Assembly (NCBI RefSeq): GCF_009914755.1 | Contig: NC_060931.1 | Reading direction: 5' to 3' (one strand) | Source of the DNA: the human T2T-CHM13v2.0 reference genome, Homo sapiens | Length of the DNA: 64,000 nucleotides | Shown here: positions 26,648 to 39,834 of the stretch, piece by piece | Position numbering within the stretch: the stretch's first letter is position 1 | Layout: every line of letters starts with the position of its first letter | Notes under the pieces: generated by a model | What the model was told of the DNA's origin: nothing | The model's input: only the letters and a program-made list of their open reading frames with translations | Database searches by the model: none | Translations under genes and position numbers: made by a program

Positions 26648-28214
26648 TTTTTTTTATGACTTTTTTTAATTTTTATTTTTGGGGTACATAGTGGGTGTAT
26701 ATGTTTATGGGGGTACATGAAATATTTTGATAGAGTAATACAATGTGAAATAATCCCATAATGGAAAATAGAGCGTGCATCCCCTCAAACATTTATCCTT
26801 TGAGTCATAAACAATCTAATTACATTCTTTTAGTTATTTAAAAATATACAATTACTGTTGACTATAGTTACACTGCTGTGCTCTCTAGGTCTTATTCATT
26901 CTTTCTAACTATTTTTTATACCAATTACCCTTCCCCATCTCCCCTGCAAACTCCCACTACCCGTCCCAGCCTCTGGTAACTATCCTTCTATTCTTTGTCT
27001 CCATGAGTTCAATTGTTTTGATTTTTAGATCCCACAAATAAGTGAGAACTTGTGAAATTTGTCTTTCTGAGTCTGCCCTGTTTCACTTAACATAATGATC
27101 TCACGTTTCATCCATTTTGTTGCAAATGACCGGCTCTCATTCTTGTTTATGGCTGGATAGTACTCCATTGTGTATATGTACCACATTTTCTTTATCCATT
27201 TGGCTGTTAATTGACAACTAGCTCACTTGCAAATCTTAGCTATTGTGAACAGTGTTGCAACAAACATGGAAGTGCAGCTATCTCTTCAATAGGATTTCGT
27301 TTCTTTGGGGTACATACCCTCTAGTGGGATTGCAGGATCAGATGGTAGCTCCAATTTGAGTTTGTTGAGGAACCTCCAAAATGTTTTCCATAGTGGTTGT
27401 ACTAATTAACCTTCACATCAACAGTGTACTAGAGTTCCTTTTATTCCACATCCTCACCAACATTTGTTATTGCCTGTCTTTTGGATATAAGACATTTTCA
27501 CTGGGATGAAATGATATTTCATTGTAGTTTTGATTTGCATTTCTCTGATGATCTATGGTGTTGAGCACCTTTTCAGAAGCCTGTTTGCCAAGTGTATGTC
27601 TTCTTTTGAGAATGTCTATTCAAATATTTTGCCCATTTTTTGATCATATTATTAAATTTTATTTTCTGTGGAGTCGTTTGAGCTCCTTATATGTTCTGGT
27701 TTATTATTCTCTTGTCAGATGGATAGTTTGCAAATATTTTCTCCCCTTCTGTGGGTTGTCTCTTCACTTTGTTGATTGTATCCTTTTCTGTCCAGAAGCT
27801 TTTAAATGTGATGTCATCCCATTTGTTCTTTTTTGCTTTGGTTGTCTGAGCTTGTGGAATATTGCTCAAGACATTTTTGCCCAGACAGATGTCCTGTTGA
27901 TTTTCCCCAATGTTTTCTTGTAGTAGTTTCATAGTTTGAGGTCTTCAATTTAAGTCTTTAATCAATTTTGATTTGATCTTTATATATGGTGAGAGGTAGG
28001 GGTCTAATTTCATTCTACTGCATATAAATATCCAGTTTTCCCAGCACCATTTGTTGATGAGACTCTTTTTTCCCCAGTGTAGGTTCTTGGCACCTTTGTC
28101 AAAAATAAGTTCACTAGAGGTATGTGGATATTTTTCTGGGTTCTCTATTCTGCTCTGTTCGTCTGTTTATCAGTTTCTATGCCAGTAGCATGATGTTTTG
28201 GTTGCTATAGCTCT

Positions 28215-28590
28215 TGTATTAGTCCATTCTCACGTCGCTACAAGGAAATACCCAAGACTCTGTAATTTACAAAGGAAATAGCTTTAATTGATTCATAGTT
28301 CCACATGGCTGGGAAGGCCTCAGGTAACTCATAATCATGGCAGAAGGTGAAGGGAAAGCAGGCAGCTTCTTCACAAGGTGGCAGGAGACAGAATGACCAC
28401 AGGACGGACTACCAACACTTATAAAACCATCAGCTCTCATAAGAACCCACTCACTATCACAAGAACAACATAGGGGAAACCACCCCCATGATTCAGTTAC
28501 CTCCATCTGTTCTCTCCCTTGACACATGGGGATTATGAGGATCACAACTTAAGATGAGATTTTGAGTGAGGACACAGCCAAATTATATTA
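28215..28590 (-). mobile_element. MSTA/THE1D-like solo LTR nested in L1 ORF2
   Basis: tgtattagtcc...gccaaattatatta; 5-bp TSD gctct/tctct. Confidence 0.92.
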
Positions 28591-30909
28591 TCTCTGTAGT
28601 ATAATTTAAAGTCAGATAATATGATTTCTCCAGTTTTATTCCTTTTGTTTGGGATAGTTTTGGCTATTCTGGGTCTTTTGTGGTTTCATATACATTTTAG
28701 AATTGCTTTTTCTATTTCTGTGAAGAATTTTGTTGGTATTTTGATAATGATTGTATTCAATCTGTAGGTTACTTTGGCTAGTATGGACATTTAAACAATA
28801 TTGATTATTTCAATCCGTGAACATGGACTATTTTCCCATTTTTTGATGTCCTCTTCAATTTCTTTCATCAGTGTTTTATAGTCTTTATTACAGAGATCTT
28901 TCACTTTTTTGCCTAAGTTAATTCCTAGCTATTTAATTTTATTTGTGACTATTGTAAATAAGATTATTTTCTTGATTTCTTTTTCAGATTGTTAACTGTT
29001 GTCATATAGAAATGCTACTGAATTAGTTGATCAGTTCTATTAGTTTTCTTGTGGAGTCATTAGGTTATTCCAAATACAAGATTGTATCGTTTGCAAACAA
29101 GGATAATTTGACTTCTTCCATTTCAATGTTGATGTTATTTCTTTCTCTTGATTGGTTGCTTTAGCTAGGACTTCCAGTACTACGCTGAATAACAGTAGTG
29201 ACAGTGGGCATCCTTGTTGTGTTCCACATCTTAGATGAAAGGTTTTCAGTTTTTCCCATCTAGTATAGTAATAGCTGTGGCTCTGTCATATCTGACTTTC
29301 ATTATGTTGAGGTATGTTCCTTCTATACCCAGCCTTTTGAATTTTTTTAATCATGAAAGAAGTTGAATTTTATCAAATGCTTTTTCAGTGTCAGTTGAAG
29401 AGATCATATTGTTTTTAGCCTTCGTTCTGTTGATATGATGTATCACATGGATTGGTTTGTGTATGTTGAACCATCCTTGAATCCCAGCGATAAATTTCAC
29501 TTGGTCATGATGAATGATCTTTCCAATGTATTATTGAATTTAGTTTGCTAGTACTTTGTTGAGGACTTTCGCATGAATATTCATGAGATATATTGGCCTG
29601 TAGTTTTCTTTTCTGAAGGTGCCTTTGTCTCATTTTGGTATCAGGGTAATACTGGCCTCATAGAATGAGTTTGGAAATACTTCACTCTCTTCTGTTTTTC
29701 GTACTAGTTTGAGTAGGATGGTATTAGTTCTTCTTTAAATGTCTGGTAGAATTTAGCAGGGAAGCCATCAGATCCCAGTCTTTTCTTTGCTGGGAGAATT
29801 TTTATTATGATTTTTATCTCATTACTTGTTATTGGTCTTTTGAGGTTTTAGATTTCTCCATGGTTAAATTTGGTGGTTGTATATGCCTAAGCATGTATCC
29901 GTTTCTTCTAGATTTTCCAATTTATTTACATATAGTTGCTCATAGTAGCCACTAATGATACTTTACATTTTGGCAGTATCAGTTGTTACGTCTCCTTTTT
30001 TCATTTCTGATTTTATTCGGATCTTCTCTTTTTTTTTCCTTGGTCTGGCTAAAAGTTTGTCAATTTTGTTTAACTTTTCAAAAAAAAAAACTTCTTTCAT
30101 TTTATTGATCTTTCGTATTATTTCCTTCATTTCCATTTCATTTATTTCTTCTCTGATCTTTTTTATTTCTTTTTTTTTCTACTAATTTTGGGCTTGGTTT
30201 GCTCTCATTTTTCTAATTCTTTAAAATGCATTATTAGATTGTTTATTTGAAGTTTTTCCTCTCCTTTGATGTAGGCACTTAAAACCATAAACTTCTGTCT
30301 TAGTACTATTTTTGCTATATCTCATAGGTTTTGGCTAGTTTTGTTTCCATTATCATTTGTTTCAAGATTTTTTTTAGTTTCCTTCTTTACTTATTTATTG
30401 ACCCACTGGTCATCCAGGAACATAAATTTAAATTTCCATGTATTTGTCTAGTTTCCAACATTTCTTTTGTTTTTAATTTCTACTTTTATTCCATTGTGGT
30501 TGGAAAAGATGCTTGATATTATTTCAAATTTGTTGTTTCAAGACTTGTTTTGTGATATAATTTGGTTTCTTCCATTTTATTATTTGTGTATCTATTGTAG
30601 GTTTTTTTTTGTTTGAGGCTACCATGAGGCTCGCAAATACCATCTTATAACTCATTATTTTAACCTGATAAAAACTTAACACTGTTTGTATAAACAAACA
30701 TACAAACAAACAAGCAAAAAGAAAACTAATAAAAACTCTACACCTTAGCTTTGCTCCCCTGCTTTTTAACTTTCCTGTTTGTATTTTTATCTTATTGCAC
30801 TACATATGTCTTGAAAAGTTGTAATTATTTTTGATTGGTTTATCATTTTGTCTTTCTACTTAAGATAAGAGTAGTTTACACAGTTTTCTGTTTATTTACT
30901 ATTCCCAGT

Positions 30910-31079
30910 GAATTTTATACCTTCAGACGATTACTTATTGCTCATTAACAACCTTTTCTTTCTGATTGAGGTACTCTCTTTAGCATTTCTCGTAGAATTT
31001 TATACCTTCAGACGATTACTTATTGCTCATTAACAACCTTTTCTTTCTGATTGAGGTACTCTCTTTAGCATTTCTCGTA
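30910..31079. repeat. Perfect 85-bp tandem duplication
   Basis: 30910-30994 identical to 30995-31079; GAA microhomology at the junction. Confidence 0.97.
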
Positions 31080-32467
31080 GAACAGGTCACTTGTTGATGA
31101 AATCTTTTAGCTCTTGTTTGTCTGAGAATGTCTTTAATTCTCCTTCATGTTTGAAATATACTTTTCCTGTGTATACTCTTCTAGGATAATTTTTTTTTCT
31201 TTCAGCACTTTAAATATGTCATTTCACTTTCTTCTGGCCTGAAAGGCTTCCACTGAAAAGTCTGCTGCCAGATGTATTAGAGCTCCATTGTATTTTATTC
31301 ATTTCTTTTCTGTTGTTGCTTTTAGGATCCTTTCTTTATCTTTGATGTTTGGGAGTTTGATTATTCATGCCTTGAGGTAGTCTTCTTTCAGTTAAGTCTG
31401 CTTGGCGTTCTTGAACCTTCATGTACTTGGATATTGATATTTTTCTCTATGTTTGAGAAGCTCTCTGTTATTATCCCTTTGAATAAATTTTCTACCCCTA
31501 TCTCATTCTTCACCTCCTGTTTGAGGCCAGTAACTCTTAGATTTGCTCTTTTGAGGCTATTTTCTAGTTCCTGTATGCAAGCTTCATTGTTTATTTTTTT
31601 CTTTTGTCTCCTCTGACTGTGTATTTTCAAATAGCCTGTCTTCAAGCTCACTACTTCTTTCTTCTGCTTGATCGATTCTGCTATTAAATGACTCGGATGC
31701 ATTCTTCTGTATGTCAATTGCACTTTTCTGCTTCAGAAATTCTGCATGATTCTTTTAATTATTTCAATCTATTTATTAAATTTATCTGACAGAATTGAGA
31801 ATTGCTTCTGTGTGTTATCTCGTATTACTTTCAGGTTGCTCTATCCAGCTATTTCGAAATTTCTATCTGAAAGGTCACATATCTCTGCTTCACCAGGACT
31901 GATCCCTGGTGCTTTATTTGGCTCATCTGGTGAGGTCACTTTTTCCTAGGTGGTGTTGATGCTAATGGATGTTTGTTGATGTCTGGGCATTGGAGGGTTA
32001 GGTATTTATGGTAGTCTTCAATGTTTGAGTTTCTTTGTACCCATCCTTCTGCAGAATGATTTCCAGATATTTCAAAAGACTTTGGGTGTTGTGATCTAAG
32101 GTATGTCTACTTTAGGGGACACCCTAAGCCAAATAAAGCTGTGGTTTTTGCAGACTCATAGAGTTACTGCCTTGAAGGTCTCGGAAAAGATTCAGAATTT
32201 TCTGAATACCAGACAGAGACTCTTGTTTTCTTCCCTTACTATCTCCCCCAAAAATGGAGTCTGTCTCTCTGTCTGTTCTGAACCACCTAAAGCTGGGGGT
32301 GTAGTTACACAGGCACCCCTGAGGCCACCATCACTGTTACTGTGCTGAGTCAGACCTGAAGCCAGCTGATAACTGGGGTCCTGCCCACAGCATGCTGTAA
32401 CCACTCTCTGTCACTGCCTATGTTTGCTGAAGGCCCTGGGGCTCTATAATCAGCAGGTGGCGAAACC

Positions 32468-32929
32468 AGTGAAAGCAAGTTTATTAAGAAAATAAAGGAA
32501 TAAAAGAATAGTTATTCCATAAACAGAGCAGCTCCAAGGGCTGCTGGTTGCCCATTTTTATGGTTATTTCTTAATAATGCTAAATAAGGGGTGGATTATT
32601 CACGTCTCTCCTTTTTAGACCATAAAGAGTAACTTTCTGACATTGCCATGTTATTTGTGAACTGTCATGGCACTGGCAGGAGTGTAGCAGAGAGGACTAC
32701 CAGAGGTTACTCTCATCGCCATTTTGGTTTTGGTGGGTTTTGGCTGACTCCTTTACTGCAACCTGTTTTATCAGCAAGGTCTTTATGACCTGTATTTTGT
32801 GCTGACCTCCTATGTCATGCTGTGACTTAGAATGCCTTAACCATCTGGGAATGCAGCCCAGTAGGTTTCAGCCTCATTTACCCAGCTCCTATTTAAGATA
32901 AAGTTGCTCTTGTTCACAGGCCTCTGACA
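32468..32929 (-). mobile_element. MER41A ERV1 LTR, 3' end truncated, nested in the L1 5' UTR
   Basis: Minus strand begins tgtcagaggcctgtgaacaagagcaact and ends aataaacttgctttcact. Confidence 0.9.
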
Positions 32930-34092
32930 CCTAGGGCTCTTAAGTCAGCTGAAGGTGAATGCTGCCTTGCCTAATATTAACCATTTGGGTCCGTGTGCTC
33001 CCCTCTGGCGCAGGGCAGGTCCAGGAAGCCATTCAAGGGTTAAGTCCTGGAATCAGGGACCCCAAGAGCCCACTTGGTACTCTACTCACTACGGCCATGC
33101 TGGTACCTGAAGCCAGCAAGTCTCAGAGGCTCATCCAAGGCCCTTGAGGTAGTAATACCAGGGTATTACTGCTGGTTTTTCAGGGCCCGAGGGCTCTTCA
33201 GTTAGCAGGTGATGAATGCTGTCAGGACTAGGACATTCCCTTTAAAGCAGTAGGTTTACTTTGGCCCATGGTGTATCTAGAAATGTTGCCCAGGAGCTAG
33301 GGCCAGAACAGTAGCTTCACAACTCTGACCAGTGCCCTGTCCTGCTGTGGCTGAGCTGGTATCCTAGATGCAAGACAAAGCCTTTCCCACTCTTCCCTCT
33401 TCTCTCCTTAAATGGATGAAGAAGGGGTCTCTTTTGGATCTGGGAGCTGTGCAGCCTGGATTAGAAGAGGGATGATATCAGTACTCCCTTAGCTGCCCCA
33501 GCTAGTGTCTTGGTGGGTTATATACTTTCCCAATCTACTGTCTCTGGGCCCAGGTTAGCACTAGGACTGGCCTAAGAGTTGCAGTCCTTATGGCCTAGAC
33601 TGCCTTTCAGGTTTGCTGAGAGACCCAGAGCAGGTTAGCCCTTGGTGGTGAGGTTTCCAGAATTCAAGTTCTGACTGTTGGGATCAGCAATACCCCTATG
33701 ACTAAGGCTGGTTTAAATGTTCTTTCCATGGGCGGATGTCGGCCAAGTTTACTTTGGTTTTTCTTTCAGCTCTAACAGGACAGCACTGAGTTCAATGCCT
33801 CCAGTTGCTGTGTTCTCCCTCCCCCAATACCCAAAGATGCTCTCTGCACCAGGCAGCTGCTGCCAGGGGCGGGGGAGGGGCGGCATCAGTGATTCAGCTC
33901 TGTGTTTTCTATCTCTTCAGTACTTCTTTCTGTGATCTGAAGATAAAACCAGGTACTAAAAGGGATCACCTGTTTTAGGTTCTAATAAAGGTTGTTTTTC
34001 CTTGTAGATAGTGGTTCAATTGTTGTCCTGGTGGGGTAGGGGGTAACAATGGAGCCATCTATTCCACCCTCTTGCTCTGCCTCAGCCCCCGT

Positions 34093-34208
34093 CCTTTTAA
34101 CATCTTGATCTTAGACTTCAAGCCACCGGAATTGTGAGAAAGTTAATTTCTATTGTCAAGCCATTCAGTCTGTGGCATTTTGTAATAGCAGCCATAAGAA
34201 ATTGATAT
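34093..34208 (+). mobile_element. MLT1B LTR, 3' part
   Basis: 'ttgatcttagacttcaagccaccggaattgtgagaaagttaatttc...gcagccataagaaattgatat' continues the left half. Confidence 0.88.
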
Positions 34209-34337
34209 GTAATTAAAGTTGTATAGTATATGCTAGGATATCCACAGAAATGAATAAAAGCAAATGATGTGCAGTAATGATGGATGACCCAGTAGAAATT
34301 AGACTGCATGGTATGTAAACATAGCTAGTATTACTAA

Positions 34338-34570
34338 TAATAGCCAGCACCTATTGAACAATTACAGATAGGTCAGAAATTATTCTGACAGACAGATGAT
34401 CACATTGAAACCTCACCACAACTCTATGAAGTAATTACTTTTAAGTTCCCTATTTTACAGATGAGTAAAAACTAAAGTATGGAGAATTTAAACACTCTGC
34501 TCCAAATCAGAGACAAATGATGGGTATTTGTATATCTGGGCAATCTAATGATAAAATCTAGACTATTAAT
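34338..34570 (-). mobile_element. MIR
   Basis: 'cctcaccacaactctatgaagt...ctattttacagatgagtaaaaact'. Confidence 0.8.
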
Positions 34571-34699
34571 TCAATGACATATTGGACCCAAGTTAAATTA
34601 TTTATTTCTCATTTTGAAGGTTATCCAAAAACATTATATATATATATACACATATATATATATCACTTCTCGCAACAAGTTGCAAAAAAGGCTTAAATT

Positions 34700-34850
34700 G
34701 ATACCAAATGTAAATGACGAGTTGATGGGTGCAGCAAACCAACATGGCACATGTATACCTATGTAACAAACCTGCATGTTGTGCACATGTACCCTAGAAC
34801 TTAAAGTATAATAATAAAAAAGTAAAAATAAATAAATTAATTTAAAAAAT
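34700..34850 (+). mobile_element. Young L1PA extreme 3' tail
   Basis: 'atgacgagttgatgggtgcagcaaaccaacatggcacatgtatacc...gtaccctagaacttaaagtataataa'. Confidence 0.93.
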
Positions 34851-36560
34851 GTAAATTTAGTTAATATTATGTTCTTTTGATTATACAGAAAAAGCTATTT
34901 ATTAAATGTATTACAGTGTGTATATTTAGATCAAATATGTGTGTCTATATGTATAGCATACATATTACATATATACATACATATTAATTATACTTTTTTA
35001 CTGTTATTTTGCTTCATGCTATTTTTAGTAAGTTACTGAAATACTACACAGTACGTGCTCACAATATACTTGCTATTGTCACATTGAGCCTAAAGCTCTA
35101 CACCTGTAATTGTGTTCTAGTTTAAAAGAAAAGAAGAGAGAGTAGGAAAAGAAGAGATAAATGGTAGAAGGAAAGAGAGGAAAAGAAAAAAGATACCTAA
35201 ACATAGAGTAAACATGCTTTCTTAAAAGAGTATGTTTATAACACTCTGTTTCTTTTTAAATATTAAGCTTAATTTAGATACACGTAGTGTCTGTAATGAA
35301 TGTACTATTTCTAAAACGAACTCCAAAGAATGACTTCTCTCTCTGTCCTCAAAGTGAAGACACAAAACCAAATAATTCAAGGAGGATTCACAAGGAAACC
35401 TCCATTTGGAAGCAACAAACAAGAGAAGTACGTCTCCTCTCAAATATTAAAAAAAATAAGACATGCCTCTATGAACCTCATTTTATTTATAGATAAATAA
35501 ACACAAGAAAATACACCTGGGTCTTATAAAAATACCTCTGATTGAAAAAAATCTAGCATAATATTTGTAGTTATAAAAATTAAGTTCTGCTTTGCATTAC
35601 TAATTAAAATTTCTTAATGGAACCAATGGAATTGCTACATGATGAAATAAGACAAACAGAGGAAAAAAGACCCACTTGTGATAAAATTAAAAGTAAAAGA
35701 TAAAATTTTATTCTAAAGTAAGATTGTGAAAAATGTAAAAATATTGAGAATATAAATTGAGGACTTAAAACACACTTCATTAGAAGCCTTAAATTTAAAA
35801 TCTGTAAAGCAGATGAATTATTGAATCAATAATATTGAGGATAATTTGAGATGTTCATTAATAATATGCAGTAAAATGATAAGGAGGTTATATTATGAGA
35901 TAAAATATTACAGGTACTGGGAAAAGAGAACAGAAGATAAACAGAGAAAATGAATATGTCTGCTGAAGAAGCGACAGGATAAAGACTACTTAAATCTATA
36001 GCTGAAGAAAAACTTGTGGATAAAACAAAATAAAACAATAGGTAAAAACCATTTTCCACCCACATGGACCTTACATGTTAGTGCTCACACAGGCAAATAG
36101 ACAGTGAAATACCATCATGTGCTCTACGAGGCTTATGCTCAGGATCCCAGTGAACCCAGGAAATAGACACCTGAACGCAGTTCTGAAATGAAAATACAAT
36201 TCCCATAGAGATGCTGCATAAAGTACTGAAGAAAAAGGGGAATTAAATAGGTTAAATTGATGGTGGAAAATTGAATGTATATACTTTTAATGTTATAATA
36301 AAATAATAATCTCATTAAATGGTAAAAACAATGATATCATATTGTGTGTCAATTTTTCACGTTGATGAAATTCAAAATATCCTGAAATTCATGATTTAAT
36401 TTCTGAAAGCTATCCTAATGTTCACAAATCCTGGATGTATTTCAATTTCATGTAATTAAAAAGCAATATTTCAAAAGACAATGGATTTTTTTGGCTTATT
36501 CATATAATGGAATTTCCATATTTAAAAAGAGTACTTAACTAATCATTGAAAGGTCAGTTA

Positions 36561-36730
36561 AGATGTGCAGTGGCATGCACCTGTAATCCCAGCACTTTGG
36601 GAGGCTGAAGTGCGAAGATCCCTTGAGCCCAGGAGGTGGATACTTCAGTGGGCTTTGATCACACCATTGTGATGTAACCTGAGTGACAGAGTGAAACACT
36701 GTCTCAAAAAAATGAAACACAAGTAAAAAT
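36561..36730 (+). mobile_element. Free Alu monomer (FRAM/FAM-like)
   Basis: Single right-arm-type monomer with A tail; TSD aaaggtcagtta (36549-36560 / 36731-36742). Confidence 0.85.
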
Positions 36731-36918
36731 AAAGGTCAGTTACTATTACAGTAATGCTAAACTTTGAGACATCTAAAATGACAACATCTAAAACTAGGAA
36801 AACATCAAGTTACCAAGTGTTGGGAGTTCTGTTGACTAAGATAAAAATTAGAGCAAGAAATTCAACATGCCGGAAAACACTAAATTGATTTTTCATTTTT
36901 TTAAGAAGAAAATTATTT

Positions 36919-37328
<410 letters not shown>

Positions 37329-37406
37329 CTATTAACCTCGCTGTGCTTCAAGTTGCTCACGAATTTAACAGAGTTTTTGTTAGGTTGATTGAGTTAATAA
37401 AAGATT

Positions 37407-37921
37407 GTTGGATTAAAGATGGCTGCACATCTTTTACCTTTCCTTAAATTAATAGGCCAATCCAGTTTCTTTCCTCCAGAATCTGCACTCTTGTGAAATT
37501 GCCTTCACCTGCAGAATGTGGCAAATGTGACACTGTGTTACTTCTGAACTTGGTCTTTAAAAGATTTTCTGCTTTCACTTTTATATGCTTGAGTTGTTTC
37601 TCCTTAGAACTTATTCTCCCTGCTGTCAGAAGCCCAAGCCAAGATAGAGGTCCCACAGAGGAATATCAAAATGTCCTGGTTCAGAGCTCCATGCAAGCTC
37701 CCAGACAACAATGCCAAAGATCAGCCATGTGAGAAAATCATCTTGGATATTGTAGGCAAATTGAACATCCACATGACTTCAGTCACAGCTGGTACAACAT
37801 GAAGCAGCAGAACCACCTAGCTGGGCCTAGTCAGCTCACAGAACCATGAAAAATAATAGGTTTTTTTGTTCTTGTTGCTTTTGGTAGGTAAGGTTTGTTA
37901 CATATCAATAAACTTTGAACA
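37407..37921 (+). mobile_element. MLT1 (G/H-like) solo LTR
   Basis: 'agaatgtggcaaatgtgacactgtgttacttctga...cagccatgtgag...ggtttgttacatatcaataaa'. Confidence 0.75.
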
Positions 37922-38777
37922 ATGTCTGTCCCATGGTAAGTTCCCACAAAATTGTAGCTATTGTTGTTTTAAATTATTGTTAGAAAATACTAATTTTAGA
38001 TACCATTTCTTTTCTAGATCCTAAACATCGAGTTCATGACACTTGAATATTTATTTTCTGAAATTAATAAATTTATTTGAACATAGAATAATTTAGGAAT
38101 AGTCATGTATTTTAATAGTTTTCTTCAACTAAATTCCCTTGTTTCACAACCACCATTCCACTTTTGGAAATCCCTCCTGACATTTTAGGTTGAGTCATTG
38201 GTCTCATTCTATTCTGCAGGACGTGGCTCTTTTTTTTTTTTTTGAAACAAATATACCTTGCATTTTGTACCTGTATTAGGCTACTTATTATATATTTGAC
38301 TCTTATTCTAGATATTTATTTTACTAGCTTTATTAGAATTTTTGAGGGAATTGACATATGACTTTTTGGTTGTTGTTCTCTATAGGGCATTGAAGAGAGG
38401 TTCTTAATACATTCACTTGCCTATGTTACTTATAGATTATTATCAGTGTCTGATTTGAGGACTGTTAAATTTATCTTTTGACATTAACTAGTCCTGTAGC
38501 TACTATGTCAGATGCTTAAAGTGTGCTATTGCAAAGATCAATGAAGTTATTGTTAGGAGACTAGGTTTCTATCCCAAACATTAGCTAACAGTAGTTTTCT
38601 GTTACTCAATTAACTTCTGTGAACAAGGGTTTTCCCCTTTATAAAATGAGAGACCAGACTAGATGATTTTTGGTAGCTTTTAGGTAAATATTTTTGACAT
38701 ACTGTATTTGGTAAAAGTGAAGTGACTACTTAAGCAATTATTTTAGTAACAAAACCAAGTAGAAAACCAAGAGGAAA

Positions 38778-39834
38778 TAGATACGCCTTGAAGGCATTGC
38801 GGCTCAGTTCCAAACCACCACAATAAAGCTAATATTGCAATAAGGAGAGTCACATAATTTTTTTTGGTTTTCAAATGTACATAAAAGTTACGATTGCACT
38901 ATACTGTAGTTTATTCAGCATGCGATTGCAAAATGTTTAAAAAGGACAACCTACATACTTTAAGTAAAAATACTTTATTGCTAAAAAAAATGCTAATAAT
39001 CATCTGAGCCTTCGGCAAGTGATAATCTTTCTGGCTGGGGGCAGGCCTTGACTCAATATTGATGGTTGCTGACTGATCTGGGTGGTAGTTGCAGATGGCT
39101 GTGGCAATTTCTTAAAAAAATAAAACAACAACGTTTGTCACATCAATTGACTCTTCCTTTCAGAAAAGATTTATCTGTAGCATTCAATGCTCTTTGATAG
39201 CATGTCGCCCACAGCAGAACTTCTTTCAAAATTGAGATCAATTCTCTCAAACACTGCCACTGCTTTATCAACTCTGGTTATATAAATATTTTAAATCCTT
39301 TTTTATCATTTCAACAGTGTTCACATTGTCTTCACCAGGAGTAGATTCCATCTTAAGAAACCACATTCCTTGCTTATTCATAAGAAGCGACTCCTCATTC
39401 ATTCAAGTTTTATCATGAGATTGCAGCAAATCAGTAACATTATTAGGCTCCAACTATTAATTCTATTTTTCTTACTATTTCCATATATGTATAGCTAATT
39501 TCTCCACTGAAGTCTTGAACCTCAAAGTCATCCATGAGGGTTGGAATCAACTTTCTCCCATTGGACAATGGAATCAACTTCACTTTTGTTAACATGGATA
39601 ATTTAACCTCATCTCTTGAATCAAAAATGTTCTTGATGGCATCTAGACTTGTGAGTCCTACCCAGAAGGTTTTCAATTTACTTTGCCCAGAACCATCCTG
39701 AAGAGTCACTATCTATGGCAGTTGTAGCATTACACAATGTATTTTTTAAGTAATATCACTTGAAATTCAGAATTACTCCTTGATCCATGGGCTGCAGAAT
39801 GGACATTGTCTTAGCAGGCATAAAACAACATTAA
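38778..39834 (-). mobile_element. Tigger1 DNA transposon, 3' part with degenerate terminal inverted repeat
   Basis: Matches antisense Tigger1 3' end; ORF 39443-39709 '[25 protein letters not shown]...[11 protein letters not shown]' is transposase. Confidence 0.93.

Larger units (their letters stand above)
26648..34092 (-). mobile_element. Near full-length L1MA (L1MA1-3-like), decayed, with nested LTRs
   Basis: Poly(T) at 26648; ORF2 remnant 27687-27932 (KLLQENIGE...TINKVKRQPTE.EKIFANY.SDK); ORF1 remnant 31388-31723 (KRANLRV.GL...LFKGIITE.F); 5' UTR to 34092; TSD ccttctaacgtctt / ccttttaacatctt. Confidence 0.93.

Noticed and set aside
27555-31723. Active L1 ORF1/ORF2
   Set aside because: Fragmented reading frames, a nested LTR in ORF2 and an apparent endonuclease-domain deletion
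32468-32929. MER41 as an interferon-gamma/STAT1 enhancer
   Set aside because: The sequence follows the MER41A form, which lacks the tandem GAS segment of MER41B; I see no tandem TTCnnnGAA pair
33860-33885. G-rich run ggggcgggggaggggcgg as a promoter or G-quadruplex
   Set aside because: Part of the L1 5' UTR; no CpG island around it and the fourth G-tract is only two Gs
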